DNA of 54,687 bases, counting the filler, from Sphacelaria rigidula (Eukaryota): NCBI GenBank assembly GCA_964200075.2. It is 2 parts of 2 records of this genome, joined end to end, with 100 filler letters (N's around TTAATTAATTAA, not from the genome) between each part and the next. Parts side by side here need not be neighbours in the genome. Positions count along the whole stretch, not along the records: positions 1 to 27,297 come from CAXNAA020000119.1; positions 27,398 to 54,687 come from CAXNAA020000120.1. One strand, 5' to 3'. The position numbers and the translations under genes were made by a program. A model generated the notes under the pieces. The model was not told the origin of the DNA, did no database searches, and saw nothing but the letters and a program-made list of their open reading frames with translations. Of this stretch, positions 21,601-32,170 are shown in pieces; the stretch's first letter is position 1; every line of letters begins with the position of its first letter.

Positions 21601-23688
21601 GGAAAATGATAAGCTAGGAACGAGGCCCGAGAGGAGCAGAGTGACCGTTCTGACCGATCACGGCTAGCAAAACGGCCACCTTGTTCTCCCACAGGTGGAC
21701 TACAGGTGAACTATTTCGCAGTCTAGCCGTATTGCTCATATTGGTACCGGCAATTCAACCAAAAATGACATGGACACGAACGTCGTGGTTTTGACTGCTC
21801 GTGGTTTTTGCCACCTGTCTGACGCCTCATGTGTTGACAGCATATATTCACGTCGCCTGTAGCCATGTGTGGAACACTAAGCAGAGACATCAGCAGCATG
21901 CAGTAGACTGCGGTTAGTGGAGAGCGGTCGCTTGCCGTTGTATCCAGCGAAGACATGGAGCACACATACTGACTCTGCAAGTATAATTATTTTGATACCA
22001 AACATCCACATGTTCATGAAAAAAGGCGTTTCGTGTAGTGAGAAAAGAGCTGCTCTCAACCTCAAATGTGACATGGTCCATCTCAGTCCACCTGCGGGGG
22101 ATCGCGGTCCAAGGGTGTAATGACGGAATATTTGAAAAGGAGATTCCTCCACGGACTCTCGTGGGGATTTCTATGAGGTGGTACCTACACCACCCTCCCA
22201 CTATTATGAACCTCCTTGTACGTTCTTTTGACGAAAAGAGGCTTGTAGGTGTAACCGTTTCGCCGGCCAGCGGTAAGGATGTACACCATTTTTCACAGCT
22301 CTCCCACGTGTGTTGGGTCCACACGCCAACAATCCCCACAGAAAACATTCTCGTGAGTTTGCGAACCCTGCTTCGACGTCACCTACCCGCTGCCTGGTCC
22401 TCCATCATTTTCACCACTATTTGTCTCCGCTTTGACCATTTTTCGTCGCTTATGGTGGGAGCCGGGAGTCGAACCCGAGACCTTCCGTTCATGAAGCGTT
22501 CGAGTTATCTCTTGGTGTCGCCAATGTGAAAAGGTGAATCCTCGACCAGACACATCTGGGAATTTTCGCCTTCATGTTGTGGTACCTGCATATGCTTCGT
22601 CATGCGTAAACTTGCGGGCACTTGGCATGTCCCAAACCGGGGCATAACTTTCTCAAACGCTACCGATTAATTTTCCCGAACCGTCAAGTGCGTATTCCCA
22701 ACCGTAACAAGAACAATGACCGTGCATCTTTTTATGGTAACGGCACACTTTGTCCCGAAACGGCACGGACTGCACTGATCCAAGTCTGCTGGCATGGCGA
22801 CTTGGTTCGCCGAGTCCATCCGGCCGGCAAGAAAAAACCATGACCGGCTCTGCTGGACAAATTTCACATCAATACTTTCTGACCAACGGTGCTAGTGAAA
22901 GTCTTGCGTGACCATCTTTGGACCGGGCGTGACTCTCACACGCCGACCGTTGAACCAGTCTACGAATATGAATACGTGAAGGATATACCCACGACTTCGA
23001 TCACGTAAAACGTCGTTCAGAATTCGATGCATTCGGTGGCCTGCAAGCGCATTGAGTGATGCGCTGCTCGATATTGAAGTGGAGGGCACGTGTCGGGGGA
23101 GGGATACATCATGAACTTCCGAAGACTACGGACTCGACTGAGGGAAGGGTGGAGGGCTCAGGCCGCCCCCGTCCCCTTTCTGAAAATCTGACAGTCGCAG
23201 AAGCTCTGGCTGTACGCTGCTAAGGTTGAGTATCGTTACAAACCGTAAGATTCAAATTTGATGGTGAAAACCGGACAGAGGGTGCTCCCGGACAAGCGAA
23301 TTGTGATGTACTCCGATACCACACGTCAACTCTTTCGACCGCGGAGCAAAAGCAATGGAATCTACACTGTAGGTTAATTACCACGGTGACATGGAGTCGC
23401 AAACGCTTGGATTAGCGTACATGAATTCGCTGGAAAATGACTACTGCAACTTCGCAGTCAACGAAGTTATATTCGGCGGATCGTGATCTGCTCCGATATC
23501 ACACGCTGGCTGGATGGCGGCACTGCTACTTGATTGCTTCAATATCTTGACCCACGTGCAGTGAGCGTTCTCTCTGCAGTAATGGCAAGGACATTTTCAC
23601 CATAGTTTCGCTCTTCACCTGTATCGCATCGAGCGCAGAGCGACTCAGAAGCGCCGTCATGAGCATTCGGTTGAGCCCCACAATGTCC
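4996..23688 (-). CDS. Anoctamin/TMEM16 family protein (ANO10-like), partial gene; exons 23688-23619, 21122-20883, 19742-19647, 6384-6254, 5664-5599, 5031-4996
   Basis: Six AG/GT-bounded exons join in phase to give (R)DIVGLNRMLMTALLSRSALDAIQ-EVVAPTIQVYFRR...ALEKVS-QEQKRRYREAMDNERTLPTYDSTSEFLDMMIQ-YGYVTMFAVAFPLAPLLALIRCLAEIYIDHQKLVRSRRPPYVDR-SGIGAWYGILEFLGMASVLTNC-ALIRLSGISSF. This matches anoctamin TM6-TM9 signatures (EyxEmxIQfGyvtxFxxaFPLAP, ExxxD, RRP, IGxW, TN). The 5' and final exons were not found in the window. Confidence 0.9.
5599..5664 (-). CDS. Anoctamin exon (SGIGAWYGILEFLGMASVLTN)
   Basis: caacAG acceptor, GTGAGC donor, 66 nt, phase 2/2. Carries the IGxW...TN motif. Confidence 0.9.
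6254..6384 (-). CDS. Anoctamin exon (YGYVTMFAVAFPLAPLLAL...RRPPYVD)
   Basis: aaacAG acceptor, GTTAGT donor, 131 nt. Carries the FPLAP and RRP motifs. Confidence 0.93.
7921..8123 (+). mobile_element. 5'-truncated family A SINE with 9-bp TSD
   Basis: TSD cattctagc at 7912-7920 and 8124-8132; the body matches the 3' half of 38569-38935. Confidence 0.88.
8205..8524 (+). mobile_element. tRNA-derived SINE, family B
   Basis: A-box-like TGGTGTAATGG and an A-rich tail; splits VSGL|MFAD of the LINE RT; second copy at 27398-27572. Confidence 0.8.
8837..11683. mobile_element. Non-autonomous TIR DNA element (about 2.85 kb) inserted in the LINE RT
   Basis: About 50-bp imperfect TIRs (gggtgcgcctgacccccc...aaaagtgtcaccgaccaaaa). 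Flanks acagttgt/ataatggt may be a decayed 8-bp TSD. Removing the element restores GLTTYNCFFLD in the RT frame. Confidence 0.82.
9731..9955 (+). repeat. Dispersed module with a telomere-like head, copy 2
   Basis: aaccctaaccccaaccctaaccctgaccctaaccc, then aagtgtgcgt, agacctcaaatcg, ggcaccgatt and ctaaaaccaagt shared with copy 1. Confidence 0.75.
13667..16720 (-). mobile_element. Degenerate 5'-truncated RTE-clade LINE
   Basis: CNNYRGIPL, EQCGFRP, QGLRQGCVLSPLLF, MLHADD, GLAVSEKKTE, VLLYGCMTW; probable 3' UTR ending in an A-tract near 13667. Confidence 0.88.
16067..16488. repeat. Near-perfect 422-bp inverted repeat with an internal about 67-bp duplication, inserted in the RTE LINE
   Basis: 16067-16243 pairs with about 16311-16488 with very few mismatches; 16244-16310 repeats the start of the right arm. 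Confidence 0.95.
17831..18268. repeat. Tandem array, 7 units of about 63 bp
   Basis: Approximate consensus ttcatgtcyatgtccgggctgtgttatggtaggttwagaaaaagcagggttagcttctttat; units start near 17831, 17892, 17955, 18018, 18082, 18145 and 18209. Confidence 0.92.
18647..18694. repeat. (GT)n microsatellite followed by poly-G
   Basis: Read directly from the sequence. Confidence 0.9.
19647..19742 (-). CDS. Anoctamin exon (QEQKRRYREAMDNERTLPTYDSTSEFLDMMIQ)
   Basis: tttcAG acceptor, GTCAGC donor, 96 nt. Carries the ExxLxxY...EFLDMMIQ TM7 motif. Confidence 0.88.
20883..21122 (-). CDS. Anoctamin exon (end of TM6 plus cytosolic loop, 80 aa)
   Basis: gtacAG acceptor, GTGAGA donor, 240 nt open, phase 0/0. 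Begins EVVAP, supplying the conserved TM6 Glu and Pro. Confidence 0.75.
22453..22511 (-). mobile_element. tRNA-like 3' half (probable head of another SINE)
   Basis: The reverse complement reads ...aaggtctcgggttcgactcccggctcccacca: T-arm/B box and a CCA end, but no complete cloverleaf. Confidence 0.5.
23619..23688 (-). CDS. Anoctamin exon (TM6 region, DIVGLNRMLMTALLSRSALDAIQ)
   Basis: ttgtcAG acceptor after a T-rich tract, GTGAAG donor. Aligns with the ANO10-type DxxxLxxxLxxxLxxxxxxxxxE segment and joins the next exon in phase 0. Confidence 0.75.
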
Positions 23689-24680
23689 CTGACAACAAAC
23701 AGAAAAAAATGAATGAGGGCAAAACAAGAGCAGAACGGCGGGGCAAAACAAAAGGTCAAAACGTTGGCGAAAAAACTGCTGGTCCAGGATGAACGGACAA
23801 AATATACTCCCCTGCGATCTCTCACGCACGTGTGCTCGGGGATATCTCGAAATCCACACACTGCCTCTTGGGACCCCGGGTATCTGGCGAAAAAAATATA
23901 TATACAGTTGAGAATTTACCAGAGGACTCGTGTGCAATTTTTTAGGGTCCAACTCGCAAACTCCGCGTGAGAAATTGCGCGCATGTACGTTAAAGTGTAC
24001 AAATGTACACGGAATCCTCCTGATTACTAGATTATCGTATGCTGCCGAATTTTTCCTCGTGGGTGTTCAGGGTTGCATCGGGGGTTTGGAATCAGCTTTT
24101 CGAGCTACGCAACGAAAAATTGTGCAAATGTTCCTTGGACTAAAATTAAGGGGGAGGGGACCTCTTTCCGTTGTACAACCAAATCACCTTATAAGCGTCT
24201 CACACACAAACCCACACAATCGTGATGGGCTACTATAGTACGCTGGTGAAGCGTTGAGCGGTCCAAACACTACGGCGTTTTTCTGTACATGAGATATTAC
24301 GGGCACTCGGCTGAGCATTTCCTCTGTGCAAGGAAAAGACGTAGCGGAAATCCACATCGCACCAATCGTAGCATCACTAGGCCATAGCAAATGCACGGGC
24401 ACACCACCCACTCGACGGGGCCTGCTCTTCCTTCCCGTGTAAAACCACAGGTGTTCCACGGAGTCCATCGCCCGCGGCATGAAGGGGCTTAGGAGCAGGA
24501 TTCAGTCGCTTCTTTGAGTCGGAAAACAAACTCTCTGAGAACTGCCTTTTTTTTAGCTCTTCACCTTTTCTTCAGAGCGTGTTTCTGTTTCGTTTTTCTT
24601 GGGTGTGTCTATCACGAGACCACGGCTGGACCCCTGGGGGGTCAGTGAAAGTGCGATCATCAATCAATCAATCAATCAAT

Positions 24681-24973
24681 CATCGCGGATCTTTGGCGGA
24701 ATACGGGCTTTGGCGGGTTGGGTTTCCTATGGAAGATTTTCTATGCTTTCCTAGAGAATTCTTGCGCATTTTCCCTCATTTTCGTACGCCCAGTTTTACT
24801 TTTGGTCGAATTTCCGATTTTTTCAGTCGCGCCAAAAATGGGAATCTGGCCAAGAGTAAAATTGGACGCACGAAAGATCGGGAAATGAGCTGGAATCCTC
24901 TCGGAAAGCTTCGTGAATTTTCCAGAGGAGGCCTGATCCGCGAAGGCTCGTATTCCGCCGAAAACTCGCGGTG
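24681..24973. mobile_element. Old degenerate foldback MITE
   Basis: ggcggaatacg...tcc.tggaa...gctttcc...ttttact aligns with the reverse complement of the right half throughout, with many substitutions. Confidence 0.7.
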
Positions 24974-26382
24974 AAGGGCTCAAAAAGAGCAGTATGCTTA
25001 AATTAGTTGCAAGCAGATCGACAGTCTGCAGCCTCAGAGATGAGAACAGTAAACGTTCGACGAGACGAACCTGCAGCACCGTCTGTCAACTCAACGCTAC
25101 TCAACACTCCAGCAGTATTGACATGAGTTTTCTGACTAGGAAGCGGCCTTAGGGCTAATTACGGGGACGATGAGCAACCCTACCCCGACTTGCCTACAAA
25201 CTACCATGGCCATGCCGCCAAAGATCTTTGAGAAATTTCGGTGAACGAGATTCTTACGGCAGTGCAGGGTCGTGGGTTTCATGGAGAAAATCGAGGTTGC
25301 GCTTGTATCCACACGTGGGAGAGAATGTAACATAGAGCAAATGGTTGGAACAAACAGACTATGCTTTTTGTTGGAGAGTGCGTGCGCTTTCGCCTTATCG
25401 TCCCGGGCGGTATCCTCCGCAAAACACCTGCGGTAATCGGCGAGGCCCACATGGCACGTTCCAATTGAGCAGAGCTCGCAAGAATACTAGTCGTGGTGTG
25501 AATTATTTCTCTGAAAAAACGTGTACCCCCGTATCTCTAAAACCCAAGAGTTGGCAAAGTAGAAACGCACACCCGTGATCCCCGCCCCAAAATTAGTTTG
25601 CACTGGAACATTTGTTGGATTTTGTTTTTCACGCTTTGCCACGGATCAGAGAAGCCTCAGCGCGGGTATGGAGCCCCAACACCGCGTGCCCTGCAGCGCT
25701 GTGGCAGACACGTTTGCCAGACACAAAGCCCGCTAAATTCGTCTGTATGTCGCCAGGGCATACGCTTTCCACGTGCGTTGGGTCACGATTTCATCGGCCG
25801 GTACGCCTGCTAAGCGCGTTGCACCGGGCCTTGAAAATACAGGGTAATGAAGGATGACCAAGCACAACTGCGAAGCGATGTTCAATGGTCGTTTGCACCA
25901 TGTACTGTGGGTGAATATCTGGTTGGTGTCGAGAAAAATACGTGGAAGCTCCTTCTTCTTGTTCCGAGAATACGTATCCTCACGATTTTGTAGTCCTTAG
26001 CTTCCCTTCTAGCCGGTATAAATGTCGGCGTCGGAAGGTCCTGAGGTCAGATTTCATTCGACGTGAGTTCCCACGTCGGGAGTGCTGTCTCACCGAAAAT
26101 GAAAACCAAACAGTACGTGAACAAAAAGGTGAATTTCGCTGCTTTGATCGGGTAGTTCGTAGTACCGCTTCTTAAATGGTTGCTGAATGAATCAAAAGCG
26201 GCTTCTATATATATATATATCCCCTTCATTTGATCTTTCCTCCCTCTGCTCGATTTCGTTCTTCTTTTTTGCTTATTTTTGCTATTGGTCTTGGGAGTTT
26301 GATTTCGTTGTTCCGTCAATTGTTTTTTCTCACTTGTATCTTCTCAAGCGAGCGTTTCCGACTTATTACCTTGAGGACGTCA

Positions 26383-26482
26383 ATCTTGTGGATTATGACT
26401 ACGACTGGGTCCCTCTATGTTGTGAATAATGACTACGACTGGGTCCCTCCATCTTGCGGATCATGACCACGACTGGGTCCCT
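26383..26482. repeat. Three about 34-bp tandem units inside a SINE-like 3' tail
   Basis: atgacyacgactgggtccct occurs three times. Confidence 0.8.
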
Positions 26483-27297
26483 CGAGGATCAGTGAAAGTG
26501 CGACAACAAAAAGAATGCGTTCATCGATTTCGCACATAGGGGGGAAACAGACCATGATGATCCACGAGATCCACTCGTCGCACACCAAATCAATAGCAGT
26601 ATATTCAATCTATGGAGAACAATATCCTGTGCTGTGTGTTCATTGAACACTACCCCGAGATAAACACATATGGAAATATGTGTATATCTACGACATTGTG
26701 CGTCACCACGGGGGTAATTGAACGAACAAATACTACCTTCTCATCTTAATGAATCCTCGGACAAAGATATCTGTGAGCTGTGAGCAAGTTGTGCAAGATC
26801 CCCATGCGTCTGCAGGTCTCAGACAGAACATATTTCCAATAGGAGATACAGGCTGAAAATAGGGTAGTTACACACAAGTATAATAGATATTTCATCGGCG
26901 AATGCCCTTTTGAAGCATCCCAGAGTGTTCGGCACGGGGGCTCGATACTCTGCCTAACCCTACCGGAATATTCGACACACATTCCGTCAGTGCGCGAACC
27001 AGAAATTTCCCACTGCCGGGTGTTGTATACTCTACATAACATAGCCTTTCACATCTCTTTTTCCAGCTCACGATAATTCTGTTTATAAACTGACTTTGCT
27101 TGGTGCACAGCGTTGATGAGGGCGCACGGGGGTTCTGGACAGTGAGTAAGCCCACCAAAAGCAGCAAATGAGAAGAAAAAAATTGAGAAACACGTATTTT
27201 TTCTCGCAGACGCTCTAATATTACCATCAGACACTTTCTACGATAGCACCCCCTCCAAAAAGTGCATGGTTTTGGGAGGCAAAATCTTCACGTAAAT

Positions 27298-27397
27298 NNN
27301 NNNNNNNNNNNNNNNNNNNNNNNNNNNNNNNNNNNNNNNNNTTAATTAATTAANNNNNNNNNNNNNNNNNNNNNNNNNNNNNNNNNNNNNNNNNNNN
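27298..27397. other. Artificial scaffolding linker (44 N + TTAATTAATTAA + 44 N)
   Basis: Exactly 100 nt, symmetric, with a six-frame stop cassette in the centre. Confidence 0.95.
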
Positions 27398-27572
27398 AAC
27401 AAAGTAGTCGACTGGGTTTGTGTGGCGTGAGTTGACGTTGTGAGGGAGTGCTGACCCAATCCGCGATACCAAAATGAAAGGCACGTACCGAGGGAGAGAT
27501 GGGTTGATCGCTTGAGACCACGGACTCGTCCCGAGGAAGGGGAGGGGTGCAAAGTGTGAGGGGAAAAAAAAA
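27398..27572 (+). mobile_element. 3' half of a family B SINE (cut by the gap)
   Basis: Shares acaaagtagtcgactg, agtgctgacccaatccgcga and cttgagaccacgga with 8348-8523. Confidence 0.8.
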
Positions 27573-28634
27573 TGACGAAGTAACGCCTGAGCCGTCCAGT
27601 ACACAGGCATCTTTTGTCACGTGGCATTGCGCGTTGTGGCCACTGGCAAAACAGCTACTGTAGGGGAATAATGACATTCTCTTGTCCCTGTAGAGAGGCG
27701 CTGATCCGTGTCGTCGGCTCGTCTGCTGGATACCCGACCAAGCTCTCGGTCCAGACAACTGTCACCAGTTCATGAGCGAGCCTTCCTTCCTCCCCCCTTA
27801 CAAGATAAGGGCCGTGTACGAGAATAGTGGAATGAACCGGGGTTCATATCAGAGTCTCGTGGAGGAAGGGCTTGGTGGAAGTCAGGGTAATGTTCGTGCG
27901 TTAAGATCACGTGCCTGAGCGTGGAATGCTGAATAGTTTGTGCATTGAACGCTTTGCCCATGTTTCGGTTTGGATGAAAATTTGTCCTGCAAGATGGGTG
28001 GCAGCTTCCATATTGAAATCTTGCTCCCTCCCCCCCTTCTCCTGATTTTTTTTCAGACAGATCGTGGCCGTATCGATTCTCGCGGTGGTTTGGCGTGCAG
28101 TGAGGGTCCGGTCGGTTTGTGCGTCACAAGGCTAGAGGATGATTTCTTGTGCCTTGAGTAAAAATCGTCTATCTTTGCAGCAGTCCTTAAACAATATGAA
28201 CCTTATTGGAATTTCGGGGGTGCTTCCAGGCATGCACACAGGCGGAGATGGGATTTTCATATGCGTAGTATACATGACATGAAAAAGTTGTCGATCAAAA
28301 CATGGGCATCCTCAAGAACACTACGAAGAATGTTTTGTTTTGTTTTTACTCGTCACATGTTGGTCGGATGTACACAACCCCATTCGCGCTACAGAGGAAG
28401 CGCTCTGAGATCGACACATATCATCATCGTACTCGGCTTTTTTTTGCAACCATGTCGGCATCTACAGTACTGCATCGGAGGGGGGGGGGGGGGGCGTACT
28501 CATTTGTACATCATTTGTACATTATCGGAGGGGGGAGGAGTCATACTCCATTCCCGGGGAGAGATAATTTTTCCCGCCGCAACAAATCACAGTAGAGTTC
28601 TTCCCATCTCACTGCGCCGACTACATGGTTGAAA

Positions 28635-28855
28635 TTATTAGGTTTTGAGTGTGGACCATCATGCTCGGATTTTCACAGTCCCCACGACTCACCCATCGCG
28701 CTCAGCGTACGTTTTGCCTCAATTCGCCGACGTAGGCACCAAAAATGGAGCTCTGTTGATGCAGATTTTGCCTTGAACATGGTCTACATTCCCCTTGCCC
28801 GAGGGTGCTCGGTCTGCGTTGGGTTGGCGTTTGGGTTCGGTTTAGCCTCAGGGTT
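28635..28855 (-). repeat. Dispersed module with a telomere-like head, copy 3 (diverged)
   Basis: The reverse complement has a degenerate aaccc array, then ccgagcaccctcgggcaagggg, aggcaaaatctgc and tccacactcaaaacc, colinear with copies 1 and 2. Confidence 0.55.
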
Positions 28856-29058
28856 CGAGGAAGCACCTTCTACTGCACCATGGATTTGGGGCGCCAAGTT
28901 GGAGAAACGCCCCCACGAAATCCCACCCGCGGATATTGTATCGTGTCACAGGCGCCAGGCGCGAAGGCGGTACCTTGAGCAGTGAACGCGTTCGATTCTG
29001 ATTGCCTCTTTACCCTCCCCCTTCCCGCTTGTCTTCACGTTTGTATGCGCCTGTTCAG

Positions 29059-29191
29059 AATACGGAAGGGATGCTCTTGGTATCCTCAGTGCTAGTGGGT
29101 GCGATCATCGGCCTGTCTGTCTCTGCTTTTGCCATATCGTCCGCCATCATCTGCTGCTGTCGATACAACATCACCTTGCATCGAGGCAACG
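29059..29191 (+). CDS. Putative exon encoding one transmembrane helix followed by CCCR (possible next exon 30224-30312)
   Basis: Pyrimidine tract plus ttcAG acceptor; NTEGMLLVSSVLVGAIIGLSVSAFAISSAIICCCRYNITLHRGN. The donor GTATCG is weak, and the frame could instead run to TAA at 29226. Confidence 0.4.
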
Positions 29192-31020
29192 GTATCGGGT
29201 CTCACGTGCCGGCCACCACGGCATAAGATATCGATACAATGGAGCAAGGACCACCCGCAACTTAAGGTGCCCCCCTCACACGTACACTTCGAATGTCGCA
29301 CATTACCTGATTTTCTGAGGGGTTGATTTGATTGAATGATTGATTGCATGTACAATGGCAACCGTGTGTCTCTTTTCCGTCTAATTTATCCTCTTTTTAA
29401 TTTTTTTTTCTTCGTCTCGAGTTCCCTTCAGCGACTGTTTCCGTTTATTGGTCTTGGGAACGTCTATCTAATGACCACGGCTCCATTCGTGGAGGTCAAG
29501 CGAATGTGCGACAATCAATCAATCGTAGCACAAGAGAAAGAGGCATTATCCGTTCTGAAGCCAGTGGCTGCTCCGTGCCCAATGATGACAGAGTTATCAT
29601 CAACAATGAGTTGGGAGAACTCAAACCCCTTTTGGCTCGGCGCTTGCAAAGGGGTTTGTGGCCCGCTTCGTCGCCTGCTGGGAACGATCAATCTGAATTC
29701 CCGACTTTTCATCTTCAACCTTCCCTGTGAAGCACGCTGCCACCTATCTCTACGTACCTTTGCAGTGTCTGGTTAGTGGCGACCGCCGCGATTTTCTGAG
29801 ATTTGTTTTGTCAGCGCGGTGACTGTTTTCCGTGGTAAGTCAATCAAACACACCTTATACAGATTGGTCGAAGACGGAAAAAGGTACAACTGCCGTGTTA
29901 AGAGTACCTGTGAAGGATGACTCTACGAGGTGCTGTATACGGGATCATTCGGTTGTGTTCCCATCTGAAACTGAACGTTAAACCATGTATATACTGTCTT
30001 GCATCGCTTCTTGCTCACACATAGACCTGTACAGGAATTCGGCGACGATTTTTGCTCCGCAAGTCGCCGCTGAGCGGGATTCGACGTGCAGAAACGGTGC
30101 AGCATGCCGATGCTGGTGACCACTCGCCAGATAATGCGCTGTGTAGTTATGGGACAGAGAATGATCGACGTGAAGGAGTGGCGGGAGACAACCTGCATTC
30201 CTGCAGTATGCATGTACACCCAGGAACGTGGGAAGCCGTGTTTGCACTCAATGAGAAGCCCGGGTGTACCGATGACCTTGGCGACCGCCTTCAGGATTCG
30301 CGAAGTTTCTGATGCCGCTTACTGCGACGTTCCGATGCGTGGAAGTCTTTTACCTCACCAGTGAACAAGCACAGTGACTGCCGTCGCTGTCTGATGTTGT
30401 TCTTGTTGCTTTTTTTGCGGCCGTGTGCCGCGCGTGAGTAGCGCCGGGTAGAGAGCCGCACCACGCAGGCGTTTCCCCTGTGCCGCTCTTGATTTGTGAA
30501 GTCAGGAACACGAGCGTGCGGTCCTTGGATGGCATGTTTTCTGCTGCATGGTAGGATTGAGGAAGCGCTCTGAACTTTTCCGCAACACCCGTATACGGCC
30601 CAGAAGGGGACAAGAGTTCAGCGGCGGAAGGCGATAATGGACAAAGAGGAAAGGGTCCCGCAGTGTTTTGACTGGTATAACGAAGAGGACGGAAAACTGA
30701 TTGGCCAAGAATACCCGATCAACGGATGGGGCCATCCATGGACATGGTTTTGACCACGACTGATGTGATAAGCTGCGGGGGAATTTTAGCGGTAGGTCCG
30801 AGAATTATTATATCGGGCAGTTTTTCCCTCGGGTCACTTCTAGCTACTGGCTTTTCCGTCAAAAATTTCTAGACTTGGCTGGAATTTGCGGTTGCTTTCT
30901 GAGCGGCCTGGTAGTCTCTGTCCGCCGTGGATGGCGGTTGTGTTGCTCCCTTCTGGAGTACGCTCGAGTATTATCTGGGGTGTTGGGTCTCTACTCCTTT
31001 GACAAATATTTTTGCATTAA

Positions 31021-31304
31021 TTTTAGTACAGAATGTTTAGAAGGCTAAATTTGTTTTTTAGGCTATGCGCTGTAATGCCCTGAGTCGTGAAGCGTGGTAT
31101 GATATTTATACGGTGGTCATTATCCTGATATAGTTTGTATATCCTTTTTTTCGTTGGCTTTTTTTTTGCTTTCATTTTAGTACAGAAAGGCTAAATTGTT
31201 TTCCCAGGTTATGCACTGTCATGCCTCGAGTTGTGAAGCGTGGTATGATCTTTACAAGGTGCTCATCATCTTCATTTAGTCGGTATACTTTTTTTTTCGT
31301 TGGC
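31021..31304. repeat. Degenerate about 150-bp tandem duplication
   Basis: ttttagtacagaa, aaggctaaatt, gtgaagcgtggtatgat and tttttttcgttggc each occur twice, in order. Confidence 0.75.
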
Positions 31305-31724
31305 AAATAACAGTCAGTAGAAACATGTTTCGAGTTTTTTGTTTTTCGGCAGGATCCTCGATATGTCACGGCTGTAATGCCGCCAGACGAAGCCGGTCAA
31401 GAAGCGCTTGGTGTAGATTTGCTTTTGTGTTTTTTTTGTGTGTGTGTTTTTTCCTTTGATTCAATCGATAATAAAGGGATTTTTTCGCCTTGCAGCTTCA
31501 TTCGTGTTTTTGCAAGTCTGAAAATGATGTTTCAAATGGACAACAATGAGCTGCGGTGCAGGTTGGTGGAGCTCTGACTTCTGGTCGCCATGCCTTACCG
31601 CGCGGCCTTTGCACTCATCATGAGAGGCACCATAGAAACAAAGCACCTGTATCGCCTTTGCGTTCGCTGCTGTTGTGGAAAAATCATGCATCGTGTGAAC
31701 ACAGTACGCATGAAAAGCTCTACG

Positions 31725-32170
31725 AACACGGGATCTTACAAATTGGGGATGGATCTTTTATTGGGAATGAGAAACCCGGAGGAATAAAATTAAAATCTTC
31801 GTATCCACACCAAATCTTCGAAATGTGGTTCCATTTCTTCACCTACTGATAGCTGTTGACAAGTGCTACACGCCATAGAAATTTGAATTTCGATCACCGA
31901 CATGTTGGGGTCCTAGGTAAACATCAATTTCGGAATATTTTTTGCGTCCGTTCGGACACCCGGAATTCCCCAAAATTGGTTCTTCACCTAGGACCCCAAC
32001 ACTTCGGTGATGATCCAAGTTTCTATAGCGTGTAGCAGTGGTCAATAGCTATCAGTAGGTGAAGAAATGGAACCATATTTCGAAGGTTTGGTGTGGATAC
32101 GAAGATTTTAATCCTCCGGGTTTCTCATCCCCAATAAAAGATCCATCCTCAATTTCTAAGATCCCGTGTT
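31725..32170. mobile_element. Foldback MITE with about 200-bp arms and 4-bp TSD TACG
   Basis: Ends aacacgggatctta and taagatcccgtgtt; arms pair along most of their length; tacg lies directly outside both ends. Confidence 0.88.

Noticed and set aside
24188..24323. Additional upstream anoctamin exon
   Set aside because: Splice sites and phase fit, but the peptide lacks the expected F.N...LFYIAF-type TM5 motif.
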